Positions 42,805 through 60,163 of a stretch of 64,000 nt of DNA are shown piece by piece. The stretch comes from Eledone cirrhosa (lineage: Eukaryota): contig OZ024743.1 in the NCBI GenBank assembly GCA_964016885.1, forward strand, positions 29,512,001 through 29,576,000. Reading direction: 5' to 3'. Position numbers and translations under genes: made by a program. The notes under the pieces are model-generated. The model was not told the DNA's origin, did not search any database, and was given only the letters and a program-made list of their open reading frames with translations. The stretch's first letter is position 1. Each line of letters opens with the position of its first letter.

Positions 42805-42999
42805 GGCAGAAGTTTAAACATGGTTGGTTGACCTGTGCTGAAGTACCGTTGGGGCAATTGTTAAACACGCCTAACTGGCATATGAGAGTTCCTGACTCAC
42901 TTCATCGCAGGAAATTATGTTCCACCTTTCCTATTCCTATAGTTGTGTTATGCGATTTTTTCTAGAAGTAGTTATAATTATCAATCATCGGTGAAATGG

Positions 43000-43842
43000 C
43001 TTTCCAGCATAGTTACGTCCATTTACGGTCTGAGTTCAAATCCCGTCGAGGTTAACTTTGCCTTTTATTCTTACGGAGGTCGATAAAATAAAGTACCACT
43101 AATGTACTGGGTAATTGCTGGCCTTGTGCCAAAAGTAGAAACAATTATTATTGTTGGCAGTATCGGTAGAGGATCGGATGCTATGCTTTGACGCATAGTT
43201 ATGGCCCTTGCCATTCTGAGTTCAAATCCCGCCGAAGTTAACTTTGCCTTTCATCCTTACGAGGTCAATAAAATATAGTACCAGTAATACACTGGGTTAT
43301 TGCTGGCCTTGTGCCAAAAGTATCAACAATTATTATAGTTATTCTGAGTTCAAATCCAGCCGAGGTCAACTTTGCCTTTCATCCTTACGGGGTCAATAAA
43401 ATAAAGTACTAGTAATGTACTGGAATAATTGGTGGCCTTGTGCCAAAAGTAGCAACAGTTATTATGGCCTTGTGCCTATATAAGAAACCATTATTATAGT
43501 TATCTGGTGAGTTCAAATCCCGCCGAGGTTAACTTCGCCTTTCAGCCTTACGGGGTCGATTATGTAAAGTACCAGTAATACACTGGCATAATTGCTGGCC
43601 TTGTGCCAAAAGTACAAACAATTATTATAGTTATCTGCATTGAATTGGCAGTATCGGTAGAGAGTCTGACGCCATGCTTTGCAGCAAAGAGTTACAGCCC
43701 TCTATGTTCAGAGATCAAATCACGCCGAGGTTAACTTTGCCTTTCATCCTTCCGGGGTCGATAAAATAAAGTACCAGTAATACAGTGGGATAATTGTTGG
43801 CCTTGTGCCAAAAGTAGAAAAAATTATTATAGTTATCTGCAC
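43000..43842 (+). mobile_element. Tandem cluster of about five SINE copies
   Basis: Repeated gagttcaaatcc...gtaccag...gccttgtgccaaaagta units, several followed by ttatagttatctg. Confidence 0.9.
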
Positions 43843-44052
43843 TCTGGTGACAACATTTTCAAATTTCAAATTTACACACACGCACGCACACACACACACA
43901 CACACGCGCCCCCCACACACACAAATATATATATATAGGACTACTAGATGACGTAATTTTCATTCATATGAGTTAAATGAGTATCCTTTTAATTTTGGGT
44001 CTCAACCCTTAATTATATATATATAAGTGGTTACACAACAGTTAGTTCACCA

Positions 44053-44093
44053 TACCGAGAACAATTGTTTAACTTTGGCGGATCCTCAGCTCG

Positions 44094-44094
<1 letters not shown>
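44053..44094 (-). ncRNA. Degenerate hammerhead-like motif in a tiny TA-bounded module
   Basis: CGAG-CTGAGGA-...-aAAA-caattg-TT-CTCG. Stem I pairs, but stem II and G12 are damaged. Confidence 0.4.
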
Positions 44095-44147
<53 letters not shown>

Positions 44148-44152
<5 letters not shown>

Positions 44153-44317
44153 GTGTAATAACTTGGGCGTTGGTGTTAGTGTAGAGCAGTGATATCAGGT
44201 CCACTAACTTCTTGGGGATTCTATAAGCCTTTAATATCTTCATCAGATGGCGGATGGGTGCTACACGGGAATGCTGAGGATAGGTCTGAACATTAATCAG
44301 TATACACTAGATACCGG

Positions 44318-44320
<3 letters not shown>
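44148..44320. mobile_element. Rearranged RTE mini-insertion (inverted segment + direct segment)
   Basis: 44148-44245 matches 15617-15713 (RTE on minus strand). 44243-44308 is the RTE on the plus strand (DGCYT.MLR...NINQYTL). It ends taccggcct, similar to the RTE 3' end tacccgcct. Confidence 0.75.
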
Positions 44321-44364
<44 letters not shown>

Positions 44365-45460
44365 TCAAACAGAAAACAAAAAAATATAAAACAAAAACAA
44401 AGCGAAGAGGCAGTATAAAGTGTTAGTATTAGTTGACGCTTGAGAGCGAGATATCATAAAGAGCAAAAGACAATCTAAGTCAATGAAAAACATCCTAACA
44501 CATGCCAAAGTACTGCCAACCACAACAACGAAACCCACAGTAAAAAAATGCGATAGACCCAACTGTGGCATATGCATCAACCTAATAGAGGGTTCGGAAT
44601 TCTATTTCAAAGAAGGACAACGGTTTATAGTAAAACACAATTTCACATGCGCATCAGAAAATCTAATATATGTATTAACTTGCTCAGGTTGTCGAGAACA
44701 ATACATAGGCCAGACCAAAAAAAGCCTCCGCCAACGCATGACTGTCCATAGATCCCAAATTAAAATACGGGAATACAGGAAAATACCACTGAGTGAACAC
44801 ATTGATACCTGTGTCGCTCAAAATCATCCCAACTTCAGAATCTTTCCCCTCTACAAATTTAAAGATAATACCACCCACACCCAGCGCATCAGCAAGGAAT
44901 CTTACTTTATTAACAAATACGGACCCCGTCTAAACACTTCTCCCTAAGACGAACCCACAACATACACACGTCAACATACATACCTACATCAGCATACATC
45001 TCTATCCACATATAAACACATAGACATACGTAAACACACATGTTCTATGGTGCAACACAAATATACACACATTTGCATACCTTTTGATGTCTATAGATAT
45101 AAACGGGCCGACACACACACATACATAAACGCACACATGCATTGCACACTGATGGGCACATACATATTTGTACACAAGTATTCCAATACGGCAAGGCCTA
45201 ATGGATTCCCCTTGCAGTACGTACAATCTGGACACTCCCACACATCTTGGTATTATGCCAATAATATATATCATTTCACACCTTTTATTATTAAGGTTTT
45301 TGATGTTCTATTGAGAGAATCATTTTTACTGAAAATATCGAATAATGTACACCATTCTACCAGTATCACAAAAATAAATACTGGTCCACCCACACACGCA
45401 CACACACATATACTCTCACACACACACACACATACACACGCGTACATTAACATACAAAGA

Positions 45461-45507
<47 letters not shown>

Positions 45508-45614
45508 CTCCGTATAAGACAAGAGCTGAAAAATATCTTTTAACATGTTAAAATATCCCCCATACACTTACAGACACATTCATACTGACCATCCCTGTAC
45601 CAGGAATTACTCTG

Positions 45615-45653
<39 letters not shown>

Positions 45654-46114
45654 TATTAATAGGCATTTGAACTGTCAACAGGCTGCTGACCATTATCACA
45701 CACACACACATATTTGTTTTGAAAGACTTATTTTTCAGTGACTTGTCAATCTGCCGACACAAACCTACATTTGACGCAAAATCTATTTTTAACATTCACA
45801 TGACCTCTACCGACCAATCAAAATTGTTTTGACCACAAGAATTTTTGCAACACGAATTGGCGCGAAACTTATTTTAATACCGCTGGAGCCACTTTTTCAC
45901 ATAAAACAGGTAGAATTTCCAAAACTAATCCGATTAGAGCAAACATCACGGACGCTCTATCTCAAAATTATTTTTGAAAAGCATTAGAAATGCGCAACCG
46001 GTAAAACTTAACCAAAACTAAATACTAACCAATACTATTACTAATTCTCACTTATTCCTAATGAAACTATTTTTCACTGTGAACAACTTGTCAGCATTTT
46101 CTTTTCCGTTTACC

Positions 46115-46115
<1 letters not shown>
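44365..46115 (+). mobile_element. Neptune-type PLE 3' part: GIY-YIG ORF end, long 3' UTR and variant hammerhead (~45971-46006)
   Basis: GIY-YIG ORF 44483-44947. 3' UTR is duplicated at 51040-52232. Confidence 0.8.
44483..44947 (+). CDS. PLE GIY-YIG endonuclease domain with Cys linker (5'-truncated ORF)
   Basis: CDRPNCGIC...FTCASENLIYVLTCSGCREQYIGQTKKSLRQRMTVH...RISKESYFINKYGPRLN. Confidence 0.85.
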   Translation: MKNILTHAKVLPTTTTKPTVKKCDRPNCGICINLIEGSEFYFKEGQRFIVKHNFTCASENLIYVLTCSGCREQYIGQTKKSLRQRMTVHRSQIKIREYRKIPLSEHIDTCVAQNHPNFRIFPLYKFKDNTTHTQRISKESYFINKYGPRLNTSP

Positions 46116-46147
<32 letters not shown>

Positions 46148-48150
46148 ATATTTATTGGTGGGGTATATATATGTTTGTTTTATGTTGTTCTTGTTGTTTT
46201 TATTGTTTCCAGAACGATTTGTGTCAGTCTTTTCATTAAATGCTTTTCACTCACAGGTACCTCGTGTTTTATTCAGTCGTAGTGTATATATGACGATATA
46301 TATGTCTTTATTTTAGGGTCGAAGGGTATGATTTTAATGTCATTAAGCTATTATTTACAACATATCGAGTGATTGTTTAAAGGCCCCCAGTTCTTCATCA
46401 CGTGATAAGAAGTCTATAAAAATGACGAAAACTACATTTTCTATTTAGAAAAAAAACAGTTACAGTAGAAACACAAGTAGCGTCCAATTATTAATAAATG
46501 TACATATAAAACCGTTTATTTAAAGACATGCTCTCTATATAGTCGTCTTATTTACAAACATCTTATATAAGTTGATGAAAAAATACTGAGTATGTCGACA
46601 CTCTAGAGTTGTAAAAATATAAACTAAATGCATTTTGACATTGGCATAGATACGAAAGAAGATTGTACAAATAAATATGACACCAGAAGTGTGTTTAATT
46701 GTAATGGAATAACATGAAATGGATCAAAAAGGTACTTAAGAGGAATAAATAAAAATGTATGAATATATAGAGATTCAATCTATAGCTATTTATGTTTAGA
46801 TTACCCAAAAGGAATATTGTTTATCTACCAAATGTTTCAGCCCTTTCAATTAGAAATATTTCTAAGCAACCAGAATATTAGTGAAGTGTGTCTTAATGTA
46901 TTTAATGTGTTAGAGAAAAAAAAAATAGTTATGCGGCAAACGCTCTTTTATTTATTCCAGGAAGTAAGGGAAATAACTCAGTAAATGCTTGAGTCTTATT
47001 AGACCTCTTCATTGTAGGATATACACCACAGTGGTGGCCGAAATGGAGTGACTAAATAAATGTATTACATACGCCTCTTCTGGTACTCTATTCTAAAGGT
47101 AATTAGTTATTGTCTAATCACTACTTCTGTAAGTTTGCTGTGATCTGTGCGTTGCCAAAAATATCCAATCAATCCGAAACGTATCTTGAGTTATCTCACA
47201 CACTTGCTGGAAAAGTTAGAATAATAGTAAATCCACTGCATTTAGACCAAACTAATTGACACAAAAGAGAGGGTCACTGCATAATTTAAATATGACTATA
47301 GATTTATATCAAATTCCCACCACAATGCTCTTATTACACTTTAAATCCAGGATAGCTCATGTCAATGAATTCCAGCTGTGGCCAGTTCAGTTTTCTGTAT
47401 TTCTACACCTATATTCATTCTTTCGCTTTTATTATGACGGCAGTGTGTTGGTTGATTAAGTTTTCGTTACTATTCTTCTCAGGTTAAGTGAGCACAAATT
47501 GTCTCAATTGTTGAATGTTTCTGCCTTTGTGTATATTAAATATGCTGCTCATGTTACAGATCTTCTTAAAATTACATATGTGGTTATTGGTTCGGAAGTT
47601 GTATCGCATCTCACAATAGATACTACAGTTCCTGGTGTTAGTGTTATGATTGATTCTGTTACAGTTGCAGTTAAATGTGCTTGTAAATGATAGTGAACAT
47701 ATATATATTTAACGTAACTCTAATGAATAAAATTTGTGGTAAGGGTATATTCTGTTCCATGGCTGGCACTATATTACAGCGCTTAAAGGCGGAAGAACGA
47801 TGAAGTTGATCAAGGTGGGATGGAACTTAGAAGTTAAGGATATCTATATTAGTTATTTTCTCTGATATTTCAGTGGTTCCATCAACTGTCCATTGGTGTT
47901 TATTAACAATAACGCAATGCCTCAGATGTTTTGGGAATTCATTAATTTATTACGATACATTACTTATATTCCAGGGAATCCCACAAGATAACGAGAAGAA
48001 CAGTTTGTCTGAAGGTTGTGTAAGCAAATATAAACGTTTTAATCAGGTACTAATCTGGTACTAATCAGGCAACACAAATCTGATCAATTCAACATTCCTC
48101 ACGATATATTAAACACACACTGACACACACTTATACATAACACACACCCA

Positions 48151-48195
<45 letters not shown>

Positions 48196-48399
48196 GCGCG
48201 CGCGCACACGCACACGCACACACACACAACCACACAATCACACACCCACACACCCACACCCACACACACACGTACACACATACACACACACACACACACA
48301 TTATATATATATATAGCAAAAACTTATTCTTGTGCACACATTCCCAAAATGGCACAAATCTGCTTCCTTTCCAAAACATTTTCCCAATATTTTCCTGTG

Positions 48400-48590
48400 T
48401 TTTCTTTTCATTTCTTTTTACCCTCGTCTATCTTTCTATTTTTTCTTTTAGAACTAATTTATCTTCTGAGGAAGGACTAACATCCGAAACGTTAAGTCTC
48501 TTTTGTTACTATATGACGCATTTAACAAATATCTATTTTCAATGTACTGTGTCGTTTCTCTGCGTTATTTATCAATACCTATTTTGCATA
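48400..48590 (+). mobile_element. PLE terminal fragment with hammerhead (~48462-48500)
   Basis: CTGAGGA-agga ctaaca tcc-GAAA-cg-TTA-ag, the same family as the 7822-7865 motif. Confidence 0.6.
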
Positions 48591-49089
48591 TATATATATA
48601 CAGTGAAGATGCATGGCTTAATTATTGAAGGATTGAATTCACAATTGTAATGTTGTGTGTTAGATTCGCGGACGGGCGCTGCGTTATGTCCTTGAGCATT
48701 GTAATTTACTTCACGATTTTCTAGTTCCCTTAGCTGCAGAAATAATTGAATGTATAGATATTAACATGCAGCTATACAAGATTTGGGAAACACTTGATAT
48801 ATGTAACAACAATGATTGTGCTGAGACTATAACAAATTTGGTATAGAATATACTGTATATTTGTGAATATTTGAATGATGATATTTCCACAGTTCAGAAT
48901 TAGCACATATTTGAAGCAGCTGGGAATAAATCAGTAGTTTTATTTTCAAATGTTAGTGAGTGTACAGACACACATACATACACGCAAATGTATATATATA
49001 TATATAGTATTAGTTATACTATTTATGGTTATGTAAACACAAAACCTTAAGCAGTTGTAAGTATTTTACACACACCCTAAATAGTGGTA

Positions 49090-50162
49090 GGCAGTAATGT
49101 ATTACTACCTTATTACCAGTAAGTTAAGTAGCTCAATGTAAAAACATCAGATGATTTACAGAGCAGTTATATGAAATATAAGAATCAAAGAACTGTTCAA
49201 AACATTATTGTGCTTACAGCTGTTTCCTGCAAACCGAGGTTTGGATTCTTCGGAGCAATTTATTAATGCATGGACAGTTATATGACCTCCTTTTCAGCCG
49301 AGAGACATACCAATACATATTCAAACATTGATACATATTCAAACATTGTGGGTCAACATTCATTACAGAATTTAGAGTGGCAGTACACACTTCGAGATTA
49401 CATTTATATTAATAGGTACAATCAAAAATCAAAGATATAGGTTAAAGTACAACATGAAGATAAGTGGTTATATAGTGCAAATGTTATATGTGTGGCACGC
49501 ATGTTCGTCTTGTTTATATAGTGTGGCAGAGAGATATGTGTGGTAGAGGCACTTAGGTAGGTAAATAAGAGTGTTAGGTTGGTAGATCTGACCATGAAAA
49601 TGCCGAAGTACATGAATTACTTGACATCCCTGCGCTGTGCATCTCCAATACTTATAACACTTTTAATGCTTGCACTATCTTTAATGCTTATAATATTTCT
49701 CCACACACAGACTATATCAATCATATAAAGACTTTGCCACCAGATCTACCAACCTAACACTCTTATTTACCTACCTAAGTGCCTCTACCACACATATCTC
49801 TCTGCCACACTATATAAACAAGACGCACATGCGTGCCACACATATAACATTTGCACTATATAACCACTTATCTTCATGTTGTACTTTAACCTATATCTTT
49901 GATTTTTGATTGTACCTATTAATATAAATGTAATCTCGAAGTGTGTACTGCCACTCTAAATTCTGTAATGAATGTTGACCCACAATGTTTGAATATGTAT
50001 CAATGTTTGAATATGTATTGGTATGTCTCTCGGCTGAAAAGGAGGTCATATAACTGTCCATGCATTAATAAATTGCTCCGAAGAATCCAAACCTCGGTTT
50101 GGAGGAAACAGCTGTAAGCACAATAATGTTTTGAACAGTTCTTTGATTCTTATATTTCATAT
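49090..50162. repeat. Long inverted repeat (arms ~49169-49590 / 49741-50162), PLE-derived, each arm with a CCGAAGA hammerhead
   Basis: Near-identical reverse-complement arms. TGCT-CCGAAGA-a tccaaac ctcg gtttgga g-GAAA-cagctg-TA-AGCA at 50074-50120 (+) and 49211-49257 (-). Confidence 0.9.
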
Positions 50163-50216
50163 ATATATATATACATTTCGTTAACAAATATATCAATATG
50201 CCCATGTAGATACATG

Positions 50217-50265
<49 letters not shown>

Positions 50266-50391
50266 GTGTAATCTGAGTTTTTCGAATATTAATAATAACC
50301 TTCGATTCGTTTGCAATTATGCAAACACGCCTCAATTTTATAGCCATGTCTGTAGAATGAACCCTTCATTCTTGCTCTTTATATATATATA

Positions 50392-50987
50392 GGGCGGGTA
50401 AAATTCCCGAGATCCATGGACGAGTTCTCTCCAGCGGTCTCTGTCCCTCATTATCGCTGCCATGTCCTGCGTCTCCAACAGAGCAGTGTCTGTCCTTAGG
50501 GCATCAACATACGTTAACCTTGGTCTTTCTCTTCCAGTGTGCCCATGTAGGGGCTCCCACAGAAGCACTGAGTGCAATGTCAACTCTGGATGTCGGTGAG
50601 CATGTTCAGCTAACCTCAGTCTCCTCTGTGTCACTTTTGAGCTGAGTTTTGGGAGGCTCCCATACAGCTCTGAGTTTGTCATTCTCAGTGTATACTGATT
50701 AATGTTCAGAGCCATCCTCAGCATTCTCGTGTAGCACCCATCCGCCATCTGAGTGAGTTTCTTGGTCAGTGTCCAAGTCTCACTCATGTTGAGAAGCCAG
50801 AGGGGATCACTAATGTAGGCGGGAAGCCGCTAGAATTGGTTGAGGGCGTCCTGTATTTGGGAACAAAGATTGGGAATACGGAAGATGATGTGGTTGAGAG
50901 GAACAGCAAAGCCTGGGCGGCGTGCCACAGCTTGAGATCGGTGTGGAAGTCGGACCTTCGTAAAGACCTGAAAATCCGCCTCTTCAT
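50392..50987 (-). mobile_element. RTE 3' fragment with 5' inversion (twin-priming structure)
   Basis: 50392-50786 matches the 3' end of the 14674 element. 50787-50987 is the immediately upstream RTE segment in the opposite orientation. (TA)n flanks. Confidence 0.9.
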
Positions 50988-51039
50988 ATATATATATATA
51001 TATGTATATGTGCACAGGTATACAAATTATGTACACACT

Positions 51040-52277
<1,238 letters not shown>

Positions 52278-52503
52278 TAGAAGGGCTATTTAACTTGTTG
52301 GAAATCCGACGAAAAATATAAATATAAATGTTTATAACTGATTTAGAGCACTTAACAAGTTCCAGGAGTAAATATTCAAGGATATTAAATAAATGGAAAC
52401 TATATATTAATAACCATATTTATTTTATTATATATAATTCAAGGCTAGCAAAACCATTTGGTTCTCTTTCTTCAGATAAAATACAAAGTTTTTAATATAT
52501 ATA

Positions 52504-53217
<714 letters not shown>

Positions 53218-53329
53218 TTTATAAATATATATGTATATATATGTATATATATATATACATGTATATACATATATATGTATATATATATATGTATATATAT
53301 GTATATATATATATATATGTATATACATA

Positions 53330-53429
<100 letters not shown>

Positions 53430-53570
53430 AGTTAAAACAATGAAATAAAAAATCAAGTCATTAGAGACATATTTCACTGCCTTACTCAGTGATTGATCCA
53501 TGTAAGTTTACAAACTATCAGATAGAGAGAATATTTACTTACGTGCATATCACCAGCTGTTTTCAATATA

Positions 53571-53632
53571 TATTACTCTTTTACCTCTTTTACCTGTTTC
53601 AGCCATACGGGCTGAGGCCATGCTGGGGCACT
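53571..53632 (-). mobile_element. Short 3' fragment of another octopus-type SINE
   Basis: ttactcttttac...tgtttcagccat...gctgaggccatgctggggcac resembles the reverse tail of an abundant Octopus SINE (recalled, not searched). Confidence 0.5.
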
Positions 53633-53635
53633 ATA

Positions 53636-53793
<158 letters not shown>

Positions 53794-53800
53794 TATATAT

Positions 53801-55609
<1,809 letters not shown>

Positions 55610-55741
55610 GTTAAAACAATGAAATAAAAATCAAGTCATTAGAGATATACTTCACTGCTTTACTCAGTGATTGATCCATGTAAGTTTACAAACTATCAGG
55701 TACAGAGAATATTTACTTACTTGCATATCATCAGCTGTTTT

Positions 55742-55783
<42 letters not shown>

Positions 55784-56444
55784 GGATATTTAGTAAAATC
55801 GAATCTCTGGCGGTTTGCAGGCAAATTCGGTCTACTTATGAGGTGATGAGTTAGCAAACCACTCGATAGGTTAGGTCCTTAGAGTAATAACATACGTTTA
55901 AATAGCTTGACAAATCTAACATTGTGGTAGGCAAAATCTAACCCACAATAATATAGCAAATAACGATAGAACTAACAGGTTGAGAAAAATACACCTGGAT
56001 AAATCAAACGATTATACGTTTAAAGTGTTTCTTTGAATCCGAAATCAAATATCAGACTTACGTGACTGGCATGCTGCAGGTATTCATGATCGAACAGAGG
56101 ATTCAGTTTATCAACAGGTATTCGTTCTACCATGGACGGGGTGATAGGCTAAATGGTGCTGCTGTGTCGCGGCGTATCGTATCTATAGCTGTCACGTGTT
56201 AATTCCAGCAAGGGAAATAACCCCCGGTTTTTGGCGGGTCATTCAAAATGTTAGACAAAGGAAATTTTTTTAAATTTCCGCTAATCATCAGAATAAGCTC
56301 TCGACCAGATGTTATAAAACAAACATAAATAATTAACCAATCAACAGAATTGTCTAATTAAATTGATTAGTTAATTATTAAATCTAGGAGAATAATATAA
56401 TTGGATAGTTAGTAAAATCGAATATATATATATATATATATATA

Positions 56445-56599
<155 letters not shown>

Positions 56600-56614
56600 T
56601 TTATTATATATAGG

Positions 56615-56975
56615 GTGGTGGTGTGGCAGTATCGGTAGAGGGTCGGACGCCATGCTTTGATGGCCCTTTCCAATATGAGTTCAAATCCGGCCGATGTTAA
56701 CTTTGCCTTTCATCCTTACGGGGTCAATAAAATAAAGTACCAGTAATGCACTGGGTAATTGCTGGCCGTGTGCCAAATGTAGAAACATTTATTTGGCGGT
56801 GAATAGGCAGTATCCGTAGAGAGTCGGACGCCATGCTTTGGCGCATAGAGTTACGGCCCTTGCCATTCCGAGTTCAAATCCCGCCGAGGTTAACTTTACC
56901 TTTCATCCTCACAGGGTCGATGAAATAAAGTACCAGTAATGCACTGGGTTACTGCTTGCCTTGTAGAAACAATTA
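56615..56975 (+). mobile_element. Two tandem tRNA-derived SINEs
   Basis: Two matches to the SINE consensus. Confidence 0.9.
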
Positions 56976-57400
56976 TATATTATATATACGTATCTCTCAC
57001 TCTCATTCTTTCTCACTCTCTCTCTCTCTGTCTCCCCCTTCTCTCTCTCGCTTTCTCTATATATATTATGTTTCGAAATATTTCTTCACTCAGTTATGTT
57101 TACTGAATTTTTTGTTGCGATTATAGACAGAAAACTGTAGGAAGTAGAAACAAAAAAATAAAAATAAAATAAAACAAAGCGTAAAAGGAGTGAACAAAAC
57201 ATAAAAGTTTAACAATGTCTGAAGAATATTTGCATTACATGTAACTGATTCTCGTAAGTTAGGTGAGTTTCATAACCAATGAATTCCCTCACGTGCTCGT
57301 CAATAAATTCTAAGCTCTATCGCTTTTGTTATACGATAACTTGTTAATGTACGTGTATGCATGTATATAAACATATGTATACATTTGTAAGTGTAACGCG

Positions 57401-57645
<245 letters not shown>

Positions 57646-57676
57646 GTATATATATATATGTATATATATTTATATG

Positions 57677-57709
<33 letters not shown>

Positions 57710-57718
57710 ATGTATATG

Positions 57719-57750
<32 letters not shown>

Positions 57751-57981
57751 CATGCATACATGTGTGCGTGTGTATGTGTCTATATGTGATATGTAAATGT
57801 ATATATGTATCTTTCTGCGGGGTGTTTTCATGTGTATATATACAACTTATATGGGCTTGTATCTTTGCATGTTTGTGCAATGAAGTCACGTATTACTCTT
57901 TAAACGTTTTTACGGAGCCATTGCTTATCGTAAAGTGTTGGTTGTCCTTGTTTACACGATGAAGATATATAGACATATGTC

Positions 57982-58122
<141 letters not shown>

Positions 58123-58780
58123 GTGTCTATGTATGTATGTAGGACATATGTATGTATTTATGTATGTAGATATGTATGTATGTGTTTGTGTGTATGTATG
58201 TATGTTCGTACGTATATATGTATGCATATATGTATATATGTATTTATGTGTTCGTGTGTATGTATGTATGTATGTTTGTACGTAAGTATGTACGTATGTA
58301 TATATGCATTTATGTATATATATATATGTTGATATATAAGATTGTGTATGAATATGTAGTACGTATGTATGTATATATGCATTTATGTGTTTGTGTGTAT
58401 GTATATGAGTATGTTCGTGCGTATGTATGTATGTACGTATGTATATATGCATTTATGTATATATGCTTCCTGATATATAGATTGTGTATGAATATGTATG
58501 CCTCTGCGACATGCTTGTAGCGTGTGTGAGAGCGCATAATAATATATATGAAATGGTACGCCACGTAATTACATTCAAGAGATGATGTTGCTTTATCTAT
58601 CTGCTTGCTATAAAGAAAGAACGGACGCAGAAGTGTAATGGAAAAATCATTTGTTATTTTCAACAATAGGAGTATATCATGTTACAACCAACCGGACAAT
58701 TTTTCTCATATATATATGTACACACACACATACACACACACACATATATATATATATAAACATATATGTATGTATATATG

Positions 58781-58854
<74 letters not shown>

Positions 58855-59094
58855 TATATGTATGAATATGTCTATTCATGCAAACTAACATACACACGTA
58901 CACGCTGACGCTATCACTTTTCTATTCACTATTTTACCTGATATAAAGTGAACAAGGCTTTGTCCAGTTCTTATTTGGCTTTCCCTTTCCTTCTGTTCCT
59001 TTTCCTCTTTCTGCTTGCTTTTACTCTTTTATATAGTGTCCTGACTATGTAAACAGGAAATCCTGAGCGAAGAGGCATGTATGTGAATCTGACA

Positions 59095-59400
59095 AAGATG
59101 ATAACGATAATAAGGATGGTGATGATTGGGAGGATGGGGATGATGATAAAGATGATGATGATAATGATGATGATTATTTTGCAGATAATGATGATAATGA
59201 TGATGATTATTTTGTAGATGATGAAGATAATGATGATGATTATTTTGCAGATGATGATGATAATGATGATGATTATTTTGCAGATGATGATGATAATGAT
59301 GATGATTATTTTGCAGATGATGATGATAATGACGATCATCAATTTGCAGATGATGATAGTGATAACGATGATGATATTGTTAAAGACGATGAGGAGGAGG
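59095..59400 (+). repeat. (GAT)n-derived 33-bp minisatellite
   Basis: tattttg(c/t)ag recurs at 59175, 59208, 59241, 59274 and 59307. Confidence 0.85.
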
Positions 59401-59734
59401 CTGCTGCTTCTGCTGCTGCTGCTGCTGATGAGATAAGAGAACTAAGGCCATTTTTCTTTTGTAAGTAAAAGATACACAAACTGTGATAAAACAATCATAT
59501 GTGCATTGCAATGATAGTGAGAACACAAAGATTTATATCTGTTCATTATGAGACCAACTGTAACAGAACATTTACCTTCTATAAAACAAAACACATTACT
59601 TAATATCAAAAACACTAAACGGTCGCTTATAAACTTATTGTATATACTGTTTATTATTACATACATTATTACATGGCTACATACACCAATACACACGTAT
59701 ATATATATATATATATATTTATATATGTAGTATG

Positions 59735-59928
59735 TAGTAATATTAATAAATGTGAAGAGAAAAATCCAAAGAGGGCTCGATAAGGATAATATATATCAAA
59801 TATATAAGAACCCTAGAGGAAATATTTATTAAAATAACAGATTAAGGTTTAAGCAAAGAATCGGTGCTTTCACCCTTAACGGGAAAGATCCCGATAAGGA
59901 TGAAAGCACCGATTATTTGCTTAAACTG
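59735..59928. mobile_element. PLE terminal module (minus strand) with a short fold-back turning at the hammerhead
   Basis: 59735-59885 is the reverse complement of the 9570-9730 family. 59886-59928 (aagatcccgataaggatGAAAgca..tgcTTaaact) folds back on it. Confidence 0.75.
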
Positions 59929-60033
59929 AAATTAAAGTAAGTGAGACTGTCACTACTCTAAAAGAATAGAGTAAGGTCTTCGAAAGGCTTTTAATTAAGC
60001 ATGCAGTGTATTGCAAAATACACTATATATACA

Positions 60034-60100
<67 letters not shown>

Positions 60101-60163
60101 GGAAAAATGAAACGAAATTTCACTTCTCACTCTTAGTACGGCAGTACATACTTACATATATAT

